Shown piece after piece: positions 29,723 to 39,489 of a stretch of 64,000 nt of DNA (its first letter is position 1; the number at the start of each line of letters is the position of its first letter). This DNA is from a virus. A program made the translations under genes and the position numbers. The notes below the pieces were generated by a model. It saw nothing but the letters and a program-made list of their open reading frames with translations, ran no database searches and had not been told where the DNA came from. The DNA lies in the IMG/VR virus record IMGVR_UViG_3300008113_011148, positions 3,755 through 67,754 of that record; one strand, written 5' to 3'.

Positions 29723-30677
29723 ATATGTTTTTAATTTTTAATAGAATATCCTCTATTGGATTTTCCCATTTGTAATCAACTTTTTTGTAATTTACTAGCC
29801 AATTTTTTAAGTTAACACTATCAAACTTGTCCGTAAAAACACCCATATGTTTTAATAGTAAAGAATTAGATAATTGTTCATACTGACTTTGAATAGGAAT
29901 TGACCACAACTTTTTGTTTAATATTAAAGCCTCTGATGTTGTTGAAAATCCAGATGCTGTTATTACACCACTACAATTAGTTAAATCTTTTTGAAATTTC
30001 TCTTTATTTAGTTTTATAACTTTTATATTTTTCGATTCATTTGAGTGTCCTTCATTAGAATAAACTCTAAATTTATGTTTTTTAAATTCTGATAATTGGT
30101 TAAGTATATAATCTAAATTATAAGATGGTAAATAAATTAAAAAGAAATTCTTATCATTAATTTCACTATTTAAAAAGTAGTCAGATATAAACGGTTGATA
30201 AATAAAATCGTCAAATTTTTCATAGCTAAGTGCAATATACTCATCACAAGGTGCAAAATTTCTTATGAATTGCAGTGAGAATATACCTTTAATTTTAGGT
30301 GTTTTATTTGATATCAATGAATACTGATTAGCAATTCCTAAAGATTTCACACCACATCTTTTTGCAGACCAGGCAGATATAGGTTCGAAATCAGATATAA
30401 CTAAATCATATTCAGTTACATCTTGCATTGAATCCTTTATTAGTTTTATAATGTTAGCTTGTTTTATTGTTTTTCTCCAGTCAATTGAACCAGATTTATT
30501 TGAAAATATTGACAAACCATCAAAGTGTTTATGTTTAAATGGAAGTTCTAAATTAGAGTTACTACCTGAAGAAAAAATATCAACATCATATCCAACTGAC
30601 TTTAGTTTATTGATTAGTTCAATTGATCTTGTTATGTGGCCATTGCCATTAAGTTGAATTCCATATAGAATTTTCAT
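29712..30677 (-). CDS. Glycosyltransferase (MJ1255-like, GT-B fold)
   Basis: MKILYGIQ..GNGHITRS, DLVISDFEP, SGF...SEAL, QYEQ..N. Confidence 0.8.
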   Translation of the reverse strand: MKILYGIQLNGNGHITRSIELINKLKSVGYDVDIFSSGSNSNLELPFKHKHFDGLSIFSNKSGSIDWRKTIKQANIIKLIKDSMQDVTEYDLVISDFEPISAWSAKRCGVKSLGIANQYSLISNKTPKIKGIFSLQFIRNFAPCDEYIALSYEKFDDFIYQPFISDYFLNSEINDKNFFLIYLPSYNLDYILNQLSEFKKHKFRVYSNEGHSNESKNIKVIKLNKEKFQKDLTNCSGVITASGFSTTSEALILNKKLWSIPIQSQYEQLSNSLLLKHMGVFTDKFDSVNLKNWLVNYKKVDYKWENPIEDILLKIKNIYEG

Positions 30678-30787
30678 AACTTATTTATTCTGTAAAAAAG
30701 TATCTTAGTTTATGGAATCGACTAAAAAATAAAATTATAAAGGATTTTAAAATGTTAAATTAATATTAAATAATTAATATATAGATT

Positions 30788-31483
30788 ATGAAAAGACTTA
30801 ATAAGTATGACCAGTTTCTTATTTTAGAGAAGTTTGACGATAATTTCAAAGCTGAATTACAGAGACTTGGTATAACAGATGAAGATGAAATCAATCGTCA
30901 TCTTTATTTTGCACATAGAGGACACTTATCTGACTATTTACGAACACAGGGTAAAGAAATTAAGTTTGGTATGATAAGAGCTCTTTTCTTAGATGCTCAA
31001 GTCGCTAAAAAAAGAACAGATTTAAAAGTAGGAATTGTTAAAGCTATACATAGAATACTTCCTATGGCACTTGCTCCTTTCTTTCCTATAGCGGCAATAT
31101 TTGGAATGATATTTGGATCCACCAGAGCATTTAACAAAATATTAGCTCCGATATTACAAGACTCATCACATTCTTACGAAGGATTTCTAAAAAGTTTTAT
31201 TGATAGCTCAATGAAAGTGGCTGAAGGTGAGATTCCAGTTAAAGACCGTTTTACAAGAGCATTCGTTGTTTCTGATAGATTAGTAGCAGCAATAAGACCA
31301 GAAGTCTTACAACAATTCTCTTTTGATTTATCGAATAGAATGTCTAAGGAAGATCCAGACATGGTTGTTCCAGATAATTATATTGAAAATGAATTAAAAG
31401 AATTCTTAAATAGAAATTTCGATGTAAACCCACCAATACCATTAAAAGGTGATACCAATTGGGATGATATTGAATCGATGTAA
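30788..31483 (+). CDS. Tagged hypothetical protein
   Basis: MKRLNKYDQFLILE; TAATATATA 4 nt upstream; central hydrophobic segment. Confidence 0.6.
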   Translation: MKRLNKYDQFLILEKFDDNFKAELQRLGITDEDEINRHLYFAHRGHLSDYLRTQGKEIKFGMIRALFLDAQVAKKRTDLKVGIVKAIHRILPMALAPFFPIAAIFGMIFGSTRAFNKILAPILQDSSHSYEGFLKSFIDSSMKVAEGEIPVKDRFTRAFVVSDRLVAAIRPEVLQQFSFDLSNRMSKEDPDMVVPDNYIENELKEFLNRNFDVNPPIPLKGDTNWDDIESM

Positions 31484-31484
31484 A

Positions 31485-31985
31485 TTAACAAACAGGTAAT
31501 TTCCAACCAGGACAATTACCATTTACTAAACCCTCTGATTCTACTAACAAATTTTCATCGATTATATAAGCTAGTAAATTACCATTTAAATCGGTAGCTG
31601 GTTGCTGACCAAGTGAATCATAGTATAAATTACAATCAACGGCATCATAGTATAATTTACCATCTAAATCAGTTGATTGGTTTTGTAAATAATAATCACA
31701 TAAATTGGTCGGTGAATTAAAAACTTTATAATTTAACTCTCTGGCTACTATTCTTGAGAAATTATTAATACCAGCATTAGTATCTTCGACTGTGCAATTT
31801 ATAACCAATGGTCTTACGGTAACGTTACCAGGAATTAAGACAATTTTATTTCCATCAAAATTTATAGAAAGAATACTACCCGATGAAATTGAAAAATTAT
31901 TCGATTCTGAGGATGAATTTATATTCTTTTCGAACAATAAAGTAATCTCACCATCTGCTTCGTAACATTTAACTAAACTATTCAT
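31485..31985 (-). CDS. Hypothetical protein
   Basis: 166 aa ORF; TAATATATA upstream at 32005-32013. Confidence 0.55.
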   Translation of the reverse strand: MNSLVKCYEADGEITLLFEKNINSSSESNNFSISSGSILSINFDGNKIVLIPGNVTVRPLVINCTVEDTNAGINNFSRIVARELNYKVFNSPTNLCDYYLQNQSTDLDGKLYYDAVDCNLYYDSLGQQPATDLNGNLLAYIIDENLLVESEGLVNGNCPGWKLPVC

Positions 31986-32082
31986 AATTACTATTTTTTT
32001 GTTATATATATTATAGTCAATTTATTTCGTATAAAACAATTTTTGACTTTTACTATATACATTCTAAAAATTAAAAAAAAAT

Positions 32083-33927
32083 ATGTCACTTGATAAGAAG
32101 TTTCAGAAACTTGACGATATTGAACATGTAATTTTAAGACCTGGTATGTATATCGGTTCAATCAAACCACATACTTCTAACAAATGGTTAATTTCAGAAG
32201 AAGGTGTTCAACTAAAAGAAGTAACTTATAATCCTGGCTTTTTAAAGATATTTGATGAGATTATCACTAACTCGGTTGATGAGTCTAAAAGAAAAGGAAG
32301 TAAATTAAATTCAATTAAAGTAACTATAGATAGAAGTACAAATACAATTACCATTTGGGATAATGGTGGAATTCCTGTTGTCAAACACACTGAACACAAA
32401 GAATGGATTCCAGAAATGATATTTTCGAATCTAAAAGCTGGTTCTAACTTTGATGATTCAGAAGCCAGAAGTTGGGCAGGAACTAATGGTGTTGGTTCTA
32501 CTTTGACAAATATCTATTCAAAAAGATTTACTATTTCAACTTGTGATGGTAAAAATAATTTCACTCAAACTTTCTCAAATAATATGAGAGAAAGAACAGA
32601 GCCAATAATTAGTGCTTCTAAAAAAGGATACACAGAGATTTCATTTATGACTGATTTTGAAAAGTTTGCACTAACAGGAATAGATGATGACCATTTTAAA
32701 ATGTTAGAGAAAAGAGTTTATGATTTAGCAGCTTGTAATACACATCTTAAAATACACTTCAATGGAAAACTGCTCTCATTTAATTCATTTGAAGATTACA
32801 TAAAATTATATGTCAAAGATTATTTCTTTGAATCATCTAAAGATAAAAATTGGTCTTTTGGAATTGCTCTTTCCGATAATGGATTTCAACAAGTAAGTTT
32901 TGCCAACTCAACAGAGACATATGATGGTGGAACTCATGTTGATTATATTATGAATCAAATAGTTGTATCTCTAAGAGAATTCTTTATGAAAAAACATAAA
33001 GTAGATGTAAAGCCATCCGAATTAAAGCAACATATGTTTCTTTTCTTAGACTCAACTATAATTAATCCATCATTTTCTTCTCAAACAAAAGAGAAACTAA
33101 TTACAGAAGTTAAAGACTTTGGTTCAACTTATGAGGTTCCAAATAAATTAATCCAATCTATTCTTAAATCTGAGATTGTCAATTCTATTTTAGACTGGAT
33201 TCAACAAAAGAAAAGTGCTGAAGACTCAAAACTTCAAAGAGAATTAAATAAAAAGTTATCTAAAATCAAAGTTGAAAAACTAATTGATGCTAAAGGAAAA
33301 GATCGTTGGAAATGTTCCATTGGATTATTCGAGGGAGACTCCGCTATTTCAGCTTTTAGAAAATACAGGACTCCGGAGACGATGGGTGCTTTTGCACTTA
33401 AAGGAAAGTTTGTTAATGTATCTGAGATGACTAATCAAAAACTGGTTGGAAATGATGAAGTGGTTAATTTGATGGCGGCAATTGGACTAAAGTTAGGTCA
33501 AGAGATAGATTTAAAATCTCTGAGATATGGTCGAATTCTTTTTTATGTGGATGCTGATGTCGATGGTAATTCAATTGCTGGACTTTTGATTAACTTCTTT
33601 CATAAATACTGGCCAGATATGTTTGAAAGAAAAATGATTTGGAAAGTAGAAACTCCTATTGTTGTAGCAATACCGAAACAAAAAGGTAAAAAGAAAATTC
33701 TTTTTTACTCACAGACTGAATACAATGAATGGGAAAGTAAGAATGATCCAAAACAATATGAGATTAAGTATAAAAAAGGTTTGGCAGCTCTTGTCGATGA
33801 TGAATATCAAGATATCATTAATTCACCAAGAATGACAATGATTACAAAAGATGAGGCTTCTAAATCATCACTTGATGTTTGGTTCGGAAAGAATTCAGAC
33901 TTAAGAAAAGTAGAATTATTGAAATGA
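32083..33927 (+). CDS. Type II DNA topoisomerase, ATPase/TOPRIM subunit (T4 gp39+60 / GyrB-like)
   Basis: HVILRPGMYIGS, EIITNSVDE, GTNGVGS, EGDSA, DADVDG, YKKGLA. Confidence 0.92.
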   Translation: MSLDKKFQKLDDIEHVILRPGMYIGSIKPHTSNKWLISEEGVQLKEVTYNPGFLKIFDEIITNSVDESKRKGSKLNSIKVTIDRSTNTITIWDNGGIPVVKHTEHKEWIPEMIFSNLKAGSNFDDSEARSWAGTNGVGSTLTNIYSKRFTISTCDGKNNFTQTFSNNMRERTEPIISASKKGYTEISFMTDFEKFALTGIDDDHFKMLEKRVYDLAACNTHLKIHFNGKLLSFNSFEDYIKLYVKDYFFESSKDKNWSFGIALSDNGFQQVSFANSTETYDGGTHVDYIMNQIVVSLREFFMKKHKVDVKPSELKQHMFLFLDSTIINPSFSSQTKEKLITEVKDFGSTYEVPNKLIQSILKSEIVNSILDWIQQKKSAEDSKLQRELNKKLSKIKVEKLIDAKGKDRWKCSIGLFEGDSAISAFRKYRTPETMGAFALKGKFVNVSEMTNQKLVGNDEVVNLMAAIGLKLGQEIDLKSLRYGRILFYVDADVDGNSIAGLLINFFHKYWPDMFERKMIWKVETPIVVAIPKQKGKKKILFYSQTEYNEWESKNDPKQYEIKYKKGLAALVDDEYQDIINSPRMTMITKDEASKSSLDVWFGKNSDLRKVELLK

Positions 33928-34210
33928 AAATTACAATAAAAAAAATCGGTTTAGAATCAAAAGACCAACTTATTCGTTTCGACAAATCTTTTGAAATTAT
34001 AGACGATTTAAATCACCGATACGATTGGAGTTTTGAAGATGGAACTTGCTTATTGTATAAAGCACCAAAGAACTTATTGACAATAAATACTTGGGTCGAG
34101 AATACTGGGCTAAGTTTATAAGTAGGTCAAGAATAGATGGTGGTCCAATTTTCATTATAGATACTTTACAAGTAGAAAGAGATGAGAAGATTTCGGAAAT
34201 TCTAAAATAA
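33924..34210 (+). pseudogene. Frameshifted small gene with C-terminal tag
   Basis: MKITIKK...CLLY continues in the -1 frame as STKELIDNKYLG...VERDEKISEILK. One missing A at TATAAAGC (34056-34063) would restore it. Confidence 0.5.
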
Positions 34211-34227
34211 ATCTTATATTTGCGATT

Positions 34228-34554
34228 ATGAGAGGTCGTGCCTGGCGGAGACATATCGAGGAAAAAGTAATTGTAAGTCGTCTAAAAAGACATACACAAG
34301 GTTATAGATATTGGTATTCAGAGGATGCTAACAAGAATTATTTTAAAAAAGTTATTATAGTTGATTTTTTAGAAAAGAAGGATTACTTTGATTCTAAGAC
34401 AATTACTACACCTATGTGGGATTCAAAAAATAAAGTAAAGTATTCACCAAATAGAAATAAACCTTACTATAGGGATGGTAAAAAAAGATTTGATACAAGA
34501 GAATATAATAAGACTTTTTTTCACAAAATATTAAAAGAAAATGGACTTAAATAA
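34228..34554 (+). CDS. Basic hypothetical protein
   Basis: 108 aa; TATATTTG 5 nt upstream. Confidence 0.6.
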   Translation: MRGRAWRRHIEEKVIVSRLKRHTQGYRYWYSEDANKNYFKKVIIVDFLEKKDYFDSKTITTPMWDSKNKVKYSPNRNKPYYRDGKKRFDTREYNKTFFHKILKENGLK

Positions 34555-35062
34555 GATAATGCCTAATGGTGATAGTTGGTCTTTTTCGAAAGGTATCATC
34601 TATTTTAAAAAAATACAAAAAATTCCAATTTGTATTTTAATAGATGACGTTCCACATATTATTTTAGAGAATAAAATTCCCAAAAGAGTATTAGAATTAA
34701 CTAAAAACTTTATGAAAAGTGGCCAGGAGTTTTACTTTACTACGCCACTTGCGACTAATCCCTCTGGAGTGATTGATTTTAAAAATGAAGTAATAAGAAG
34801 TTATTTATACTCTTATGCTAATACTAAATTTTTTGTTGGTTTCAAAAAAATTAACTTTGACCTAATAAAGAATCTAATAGATTGGTCTGAAAAAAATGAT
34901 GCTTGGTATCTTGTGAAATCGAAATATGATGAGATAAATAAAAAAATACAGAAATCTTACTACGATTATTATCAACAAAAGGATCTTTATGATTATGATT
35001 ATGAAATCAGAGAAGAATTCAGAACTCTTTGGAGAGAAATTCAAATAAATAAAATTATATAA
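34541..35062 (+). CDS. Hypothetical protein with C-terminal tag
   Basis: Ends WREIQINKII. Confidence 0.6.
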   Translation: MDLNKIMPNGDSWSFSKGIIYFKKIQKIPICILIDDVPHIILENKIPKRVLELTKNFMKSGQEFYFTTPLATNPSGVIDFKNEVIRSYLYSYANTKFFVGFKKINFDLIKNLIDWSEKNDAWYLVKSKYDEINKKIQKSYYDYYQQKDLYDYDYEIREEFRTLWREIQINKII

Positions 35063-35085
35063 ACTTTCCAATCATTGTTTATAAA

Positions 35086-35454
35086 ATGCTTATGGCTAAA
35101 AAACAAACATCATTAAATATCCCTTCTGGGGTATTAGGAATTACTGGATCATCGTCAAATACATCGGCCACAATTTCTGGAACAAGTTTAGTTTATAATG
35201 GATCATCATTTACAATAGGAGTTTCAAAAACGACTTATTATATTTTAGGAGAAGATGTTGAAATTTCAAATAGTGGTCCTTATAGAGATTCGAATTTAAT
35301 AACTAATATTGCTATACTAAATGTTTTAGGAAAACCTTTTCTGGATGAATTACATAAAAATAATACCTTCTTTCCATCTGAAATTGAAGATTATTTAGAA
35401 AAGAAATTTAAGTGGTTAGAAAGAGATAAGAAAATAGATGACATCATAAACTAA
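35086..35454 (+). CDS. Hypothetical protein with C-terminal tag
   Basis: Ends ERDKKIDDIIN. Confidence 0.6.
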   Translation: MLMAKKQTSLNIPSGVLGITGSSSNTSATISGTSLVYNGSSFTIGVSKTTYYILGEDVEISNSGPYRDSNLITNIAILNVLGKPFLDELHKNNTFFPSEIEDYLEKKFKWLERDKKIDDIIN

Positions 35455-35475
35455 AAATAAATAAATCCATATAAT
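35447..35475 (+). promoter_or_regulatory. TAAACT-N16/17-TATAA(A/T) promoter-like element
   Basis: TAAACT-17-TATAAT here. Also at 59020-59047 (+), 45715-45743 (-), 52158-52185 (-) and ending at 18925 (-). Confidence 0.55.
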
Positions 35476-35494
35476 TAAAAAATAATAAATTTTA

Positions 35495-36472
35495 ATGTTA
35501 TGTGATTTAATAATTGATGGAAACTATATTTTAAGTAGACTAGTTTTCACACTACACAAAAACAATTTACTTTTTGGCGCACTACATAAATCGTTAGATA
35601 ACACCATAGGTAATTACAGAAAATGGTATCCGTTTTCTAACATTTATTTAGTATCAGATTCTAAAGAGAAATCTTGGAGAAAACAATTAACAGGTAACTA
35701 TAAATCTAACAGAAAAAAGGACTCTGATATAGATTGGAATTTTGTTTATACCGCTTATTCAGAGTTTAAAGAATCATTAGTGGGTGTGAAAGTACTTGAA
35801 GCACCTCATGTCGAGGGTGATGATTGGATTTCGTTCCTTTGCCATAAAGCTAATTTAGAAAGTCGTTCTACTATAATAGTTTCAAATGATTATGATATTA
35901 AACAAATTGTTAAATTTAACCTGGAACCTCTTTGGATAAATATTATGACAAATGAGATGTATAATAAAGAAAAATTATTTTTGCCAAAAAATTATCAAAT
36001 TTTTCTAAATTCAGTATCTAGATTGAACAATCATGATATATTCAATCTCAATGATAATACCGACTTTTTAAAGCTTATGGATAGATTTACTAATAAATAT
36101 GAAATCAATGAGATAGATTCTACTGAATCGCTTTTAATAAAACTTATATCTGGTGATAAAAGTGACAACATAAATTCAGTTTGGTCACAAGTAAAGAATG
36201 GTAAAAAAAGAGGAATCGGAGAAAAAGGTGCCAAGACCATTTATGATGACTATTTGATTGAGTTTGGTGAAATTAATTTGAAAGATCCTGATTTGTATGA
36301 AAATATAGCTGATTTAATTTGTGAAAAAAAGAAAATTAGTAAAACTCAAATTGAAAGTATCGTAGAAAATTTACTTGAGAATGTAAAGCTTATAGATTTA
36401 AGAATTGAAAATATTCCAGATGAAATTATTGATAAAATGGAGGAAAAGTATATTAATACCATAAGGTCTTAA
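35495..36472 (+). CDS. 5'-3' exonuclease / T4 RNase H-like flap nuclease
   Basis: LIIDGN, SWRK...YKSNR, EGDD, SNDYD, GDKSDNI, GIGEKGA. Confidence 0.85.
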   Translation: MLCDLIIDGNYILSRLVFTLHKNNLLFGALHKSLDNTIGNYRKWYPFSNIYLVSDSKEKSWRKQLTGNYKSNRKKDSDIDWNFVYTAYSEFKESLVGVKVLEAPHVEGDDWISFLCHKANLESRSTIIVSNDYDIKQIVKFNLEPLWINIMTNEMYNKEKLFLPKNYQIFLNSVSRLNNHDIFNLNDNTDFLKLMDRFTNKYEINEIDSTESLLIKLISGDKSDNINSVWSQVKNGKKRGIGEKGAKTIYDDYLIEFGEINLKDPDLYENIADLICEKKKISKTQIESIVENLLENVKLIDLRIENIPDEIIDKMEEKYINTIRS

Positions 36473-36488
36473 AAAATAAAAAAAATGA

Positions 36489-36884
36489 ATGGCTAACTTA
36501 AAACTTGTTGCTGATGCAATTTTTACAAAAAAAGTTAGTTGGGAGGAAGTTTCAGATGAAGAAAAAGAAACATGTTTTTTTATATTCAATAGATATTTTT
36601 CAAAAAAATATCCTGAAAAGTCTCAACTTTTAAATTTAAAAACAATAGATAAGGTAACAGGTATGAACCTGTGGTATCATTTTTTTAAAGGAAAACCTTA
36701 TCCAAATTGGCTTTGGATTAAAAATGAAACTAAAGAAAAGTCCGAAATTTCGGAAAAAGATTATAAATTACTTCTTGAAAAATTGAAAATTAAAGATTTA
36801 GATTTAAATTATCTAATTGATAATCATCTTGAATTTGTAAAAGAAGAACTGAAATATTATAAAAGTTTACAAAAAGAACAATAA
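36489..36884 (+). CDS. Possible clamp-loader small subunit (gp62-like)
   Basis: FFIFNRYFS...Y...LLN...W.K pattern and replication-gene context; similarity is weak. Confidence 0.35.
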   Translation: MANLKLVADAIFTKKVSWEEVSDEEKETCFFIFNRYFSKKYPEKSQLLNLKTIDKVTGMNLWYHFFKGKPYPNWLWIKNETKEKSEISEKDYKLLLEKLKIKDLDLNYLIDNHLEFVKEELKYYKSLQKEQ

Positions 36885-36893
36885 ATAAAAATT

Positions 36894-37439
36894 ATGAGTG
36901 TATTAGAAAGAACAACCACAATGAGATGGTACATCGTTAGAGCTCAATCTAACAAAGAAAGAAATGTCGCTGAAAGAATTACTTCTCAATCTGAGAAAGG
37001 TGACCTTATAGGTAAAGTTGGAAGAGTTTTAGTTCCAACTGAAAATACTTTTTATATGAAAAATAATAAAAAAGTAAAAAGAGAAAAAGTACTTTACCCT
37101 GGTTATATTTTTGTGGAGACTAATGCAATTGGTGAATTGAAATACTGGTTAAAAGGTCTTAACGGCGCATCTGGATTTTTGACTAATAGAGCTGGTGAAA
37201 TATTACCACTTAGTGACTCAGAAGTAAATAGAATGATAGGCCAACAAGAAGAACAAAAGGTTGAAGTTGAAACTCCATTTGTTGTCGGAGAAGAAGTGAA
37301 AATAATCGATGGTCCTTTCTCGAGTATGTTCGGTAAAATCGAATCAGTCACCGACCAAAAAGTTAAATTAAATGTTAGTATTTTCGGAAGAATTACTCCT
37401 CTTGAATTAAATGTATTACAAATCGATAAAAAATCTTAG
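36894..37439 (+). CDS. nusG: Transcription termination/antitermination factor NusG
   Basis: WYIVR, LYPGYIFVE, KOW domain GEEVKIIDGPF, VSIFGRITPLEL. Confidence 0.9.
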   Translation: MSVLERTTTMRWYIVRAQSNKERNVAERITSQSEKGDLIGKVGRVLVPTENTFYMKNNKKVKREKVLYPGYIFVETNAIGELKYWLKGLNGASGFLTNRAGEILPLSDSEVNRMIGQQEEQKVEVETPFVVGEEVKIIDGPFSSMFGKIESVTDQKVKLNVSIFGRITPLELNVLQIDKKS

Positions 37440-37441
37440 TC

Positions 37442-37996
37442 ATGAAAAAGTATAATATTACTCTTTCCGGTTACGGAGCTGAAGTCACAATTGGTAGATT
37501 AAATGAAGAACAATGTGAAATTCTTAAAAAAGCAAAATCAGAAGAAAAATCATTCAACGAAGTGGTTTGGGATGAAGAGCTTGGTTCGTCTTGGTATGAG
37601 TTAGATGATTTTTATCATAATTATAATGTAGGTGATACTTTCACTATTACTATAGAAGATGAAGAAGGTAATGAGTTACATTCTTTTACAGAAGATATAC
37701 TTTATTCAGATGTTGATTTTTTAGACTATCAAGATAAATTTACAGATACTGATGAGTCACTTATAATGTGTGTTAGTGGTGAGAAAGGTGTATTCTTTGA
37801 AGCAACATTAGAATTAGAAGAAGAATTCGATCTTTCAAAGTTTAAGATAATGGTCGATGAAGAAGTTGGAATTCCAGGTACTTACTTTGGTGATATGTTA
37901 TCTAAAGTTTATTATGATGGTGAAGAACTTGATAATTGGGGAGGTTCAACCGATGGTAAATATTTTGATGTTTACACAAATCTTAAATTTGAGTAA
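37442..37996 (+). CDS. Acidic hypothetical phage protein
   Basis: GYGAE...EKG.FF...YDGEEL...GSTDGK. Confidence 0.6.
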   Translation: MKKYNITLSGYGAEVTIGRLNEEQCEILKKAKSEEKSFNEVVWDEELGSSWYELDDFYHNYNVGDTFTITIEDEEGNELHSFTEDILYSDVDFLDYQDKFTDTDESLIMCVSGEKGVFFEATLELEEEFDLSKFKIMVDEEVGIPGTYFGDMLSKVYYDGEELDNWGGSTDGKYFDVYTNLKFE

Positions 37997-38162
37997 TAAA
38001 AAATTGGTTGATAAATTACTACAAGCCTCTGCGTTGATAAATAATAAATCATCCAGAGGTTATGGTAATTACATAGTAGTAAACTCAACTATAGCATCAG
38101 TGTTATCTAAATTAAGACCAAAATCAATAAAAGACAAAATCAAAAGGTTATTCAATGAATAG
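37989..38162 (+). CDS. Mini-protein resembling a segment of T4-like major capsid protein, with C-terminal tag
   Basis: TTG start; LVDKLLQASALINNKSSRGYGNYIVVNSTIASVL then IKDKIKRLFNE. Confidence 0.45.
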   Translation: MSNKKLVDKLLQASALINNKSSRGYGNYIVVNSTIASVLSKLRPKSIKDKIKRLFNE

Positions 38163-38775
38163 ATATTTAGAAGGAGTCACAAAAGATATTGTAGAATCAC
38201 AGGGTTATCTTTACGATGAGATGAGTCCTATGATTATAGATATGAAAGTAGTTGAAAAATCTGAAAAGGATTCTATGAGAATGATAATTAAAGAAAAGTC
38301 TGGTAAAGAAAAGAATATAGACGGATTGGATAATATCACAACATTTATTGATGAACTTAAATTCAGATATAAACAACAAAGATATGATAAGACTTATCTA
38401 AAAATGGCTAAAGAATGGTCTAATCTCTCCTACTGCACAAGATTAAAAGTAGGAGCACTTATTGTAAAAGATGATATGATCATTTCTGATGGTTATAATG
38501 GCTCACCAACCGGATTTGATAATCAATGTGAGCTAAATCCTGATGAGACACATTGGTATGTACTTCATGGTGAAGCAAACGCTATATTGAAGTGTGCTCG
38601 TAGAGGTCAATCTTGTGATGGCGCGACTCTTTATTTAACCCATTCTCCTTGTAAAGAATGCTCAAAACTTATTCTTCAGGCTGGTATTAAAAGGCTTGTG
38701 TATTCCGATGAATACCGAGATAATAAAGGTGTGGATTTTTTAAAGCAAACCGGTGTTGAAGTTTTAAAATATTAG
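38155..38775 (+). CDS. dCMP deaminase with N-terminal extension
   Basis: VGALIVK, GYNG, HGEANA, SPCKEC. Confidence 0.9.
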   Translation: MNRYLEGVTKDIVESQGYLYDEMSPMIIDMKVVEKSEKDSMRMIIKEKSGKEKNIDGLDNITTFIDELKFRYKQQRYDKTYLKMAKEWSNLSYCTRLKVGALIVKDDMIISDGYNGSPTGFDNQCELNPDETHWYVLHGEANAILKCARRGQSCDGATLYLTHSPCKECSKLILQAGIKRLVYSDEYRDNKGVDFLKQTGVEVLKY

Positions 38776-38778
38776 GTT

Positions 38779-39486
38779 ATGAATGAATTTTTAAACTCGA
38801 TTAAAATAGAAGAAATTTATTCTTTTAAGTTGATCTCTCTTAAAGAGATATGTGACTTTTTAGAAATTTGGAACGATTTATCAGATGATGAAAAAAATTT
38901 ATATGAAGAAATAGATAACATACCGTCTATAATCAAAAATTCTACAATTGATAGAACTGCCGAAGATGAATTTTGGGAAAAATTCGAAGACTATTATGTT
39001 TATGGTGAGATAAAAAAAGAAGGTGTTCAAAATCTATCTGAGTGTTTAAAAGAATTCAGTGGTAATTTTTACGATATAGGTTCTGGTAATGGTAAATTGT
39101 TATTACATCTATCTCTTATTTCTAATTTTGATAGCTATACCGGAATAGAAATCTCTAAACCAAGACACTTATATGCCAAAGCAATTCAATCATCAATATC
39201 TATATCAAATGATACAATAACCAATGACTATTTAAATTTAGAACAAAAAGTTAAATTTATTTGTGACGATGTGATGAATTTTGACCTATCCAATGCAGAT
39301 GTTGTTTTTTATAATGATGTTACATTTCCTGATAATTTTAGAAATGTTTTAAGTGAAAAAATGCCATCTGGATGTTACTATATCAGTGCTCATTTAAACG
39401 AGGAAGAATACTTAGAAACAATTTATTTATCAGTAACTTGGTTTGATTATGAAAAAAATCCTTTTTACTTATATAAAAAAAAATAA
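38779..39486 (+). CDS. Class I SAM-dependent methyltransferase (DOT1-like)
   Basis: FYDIGSGNGK, GIEIS..R, ADVVFYN. Confidence 0.7.
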   Translation: MNEFLNSIKIEEIYSFKLISLKEICDFLEIWNDLSDDEKNLYEEIDNIPSIIKNSTIDRTAEDEFWEKFEDYYVYGEIKKEGVQNLSECLKEFSGNFYDIGSGNGKLLLHLSLISNFDSYTGIEISKPRHLYAKAIQSSISISNDTITNDYLNLEQKVKFICDDVMNFDLSNADVVFYNDVTFPDNFRNVLSEKMPSGCYYISAHLNEEEYLETIYLSVTWFDYEKNPFYLYKKK

Positions 39487-39489
39487 TAC

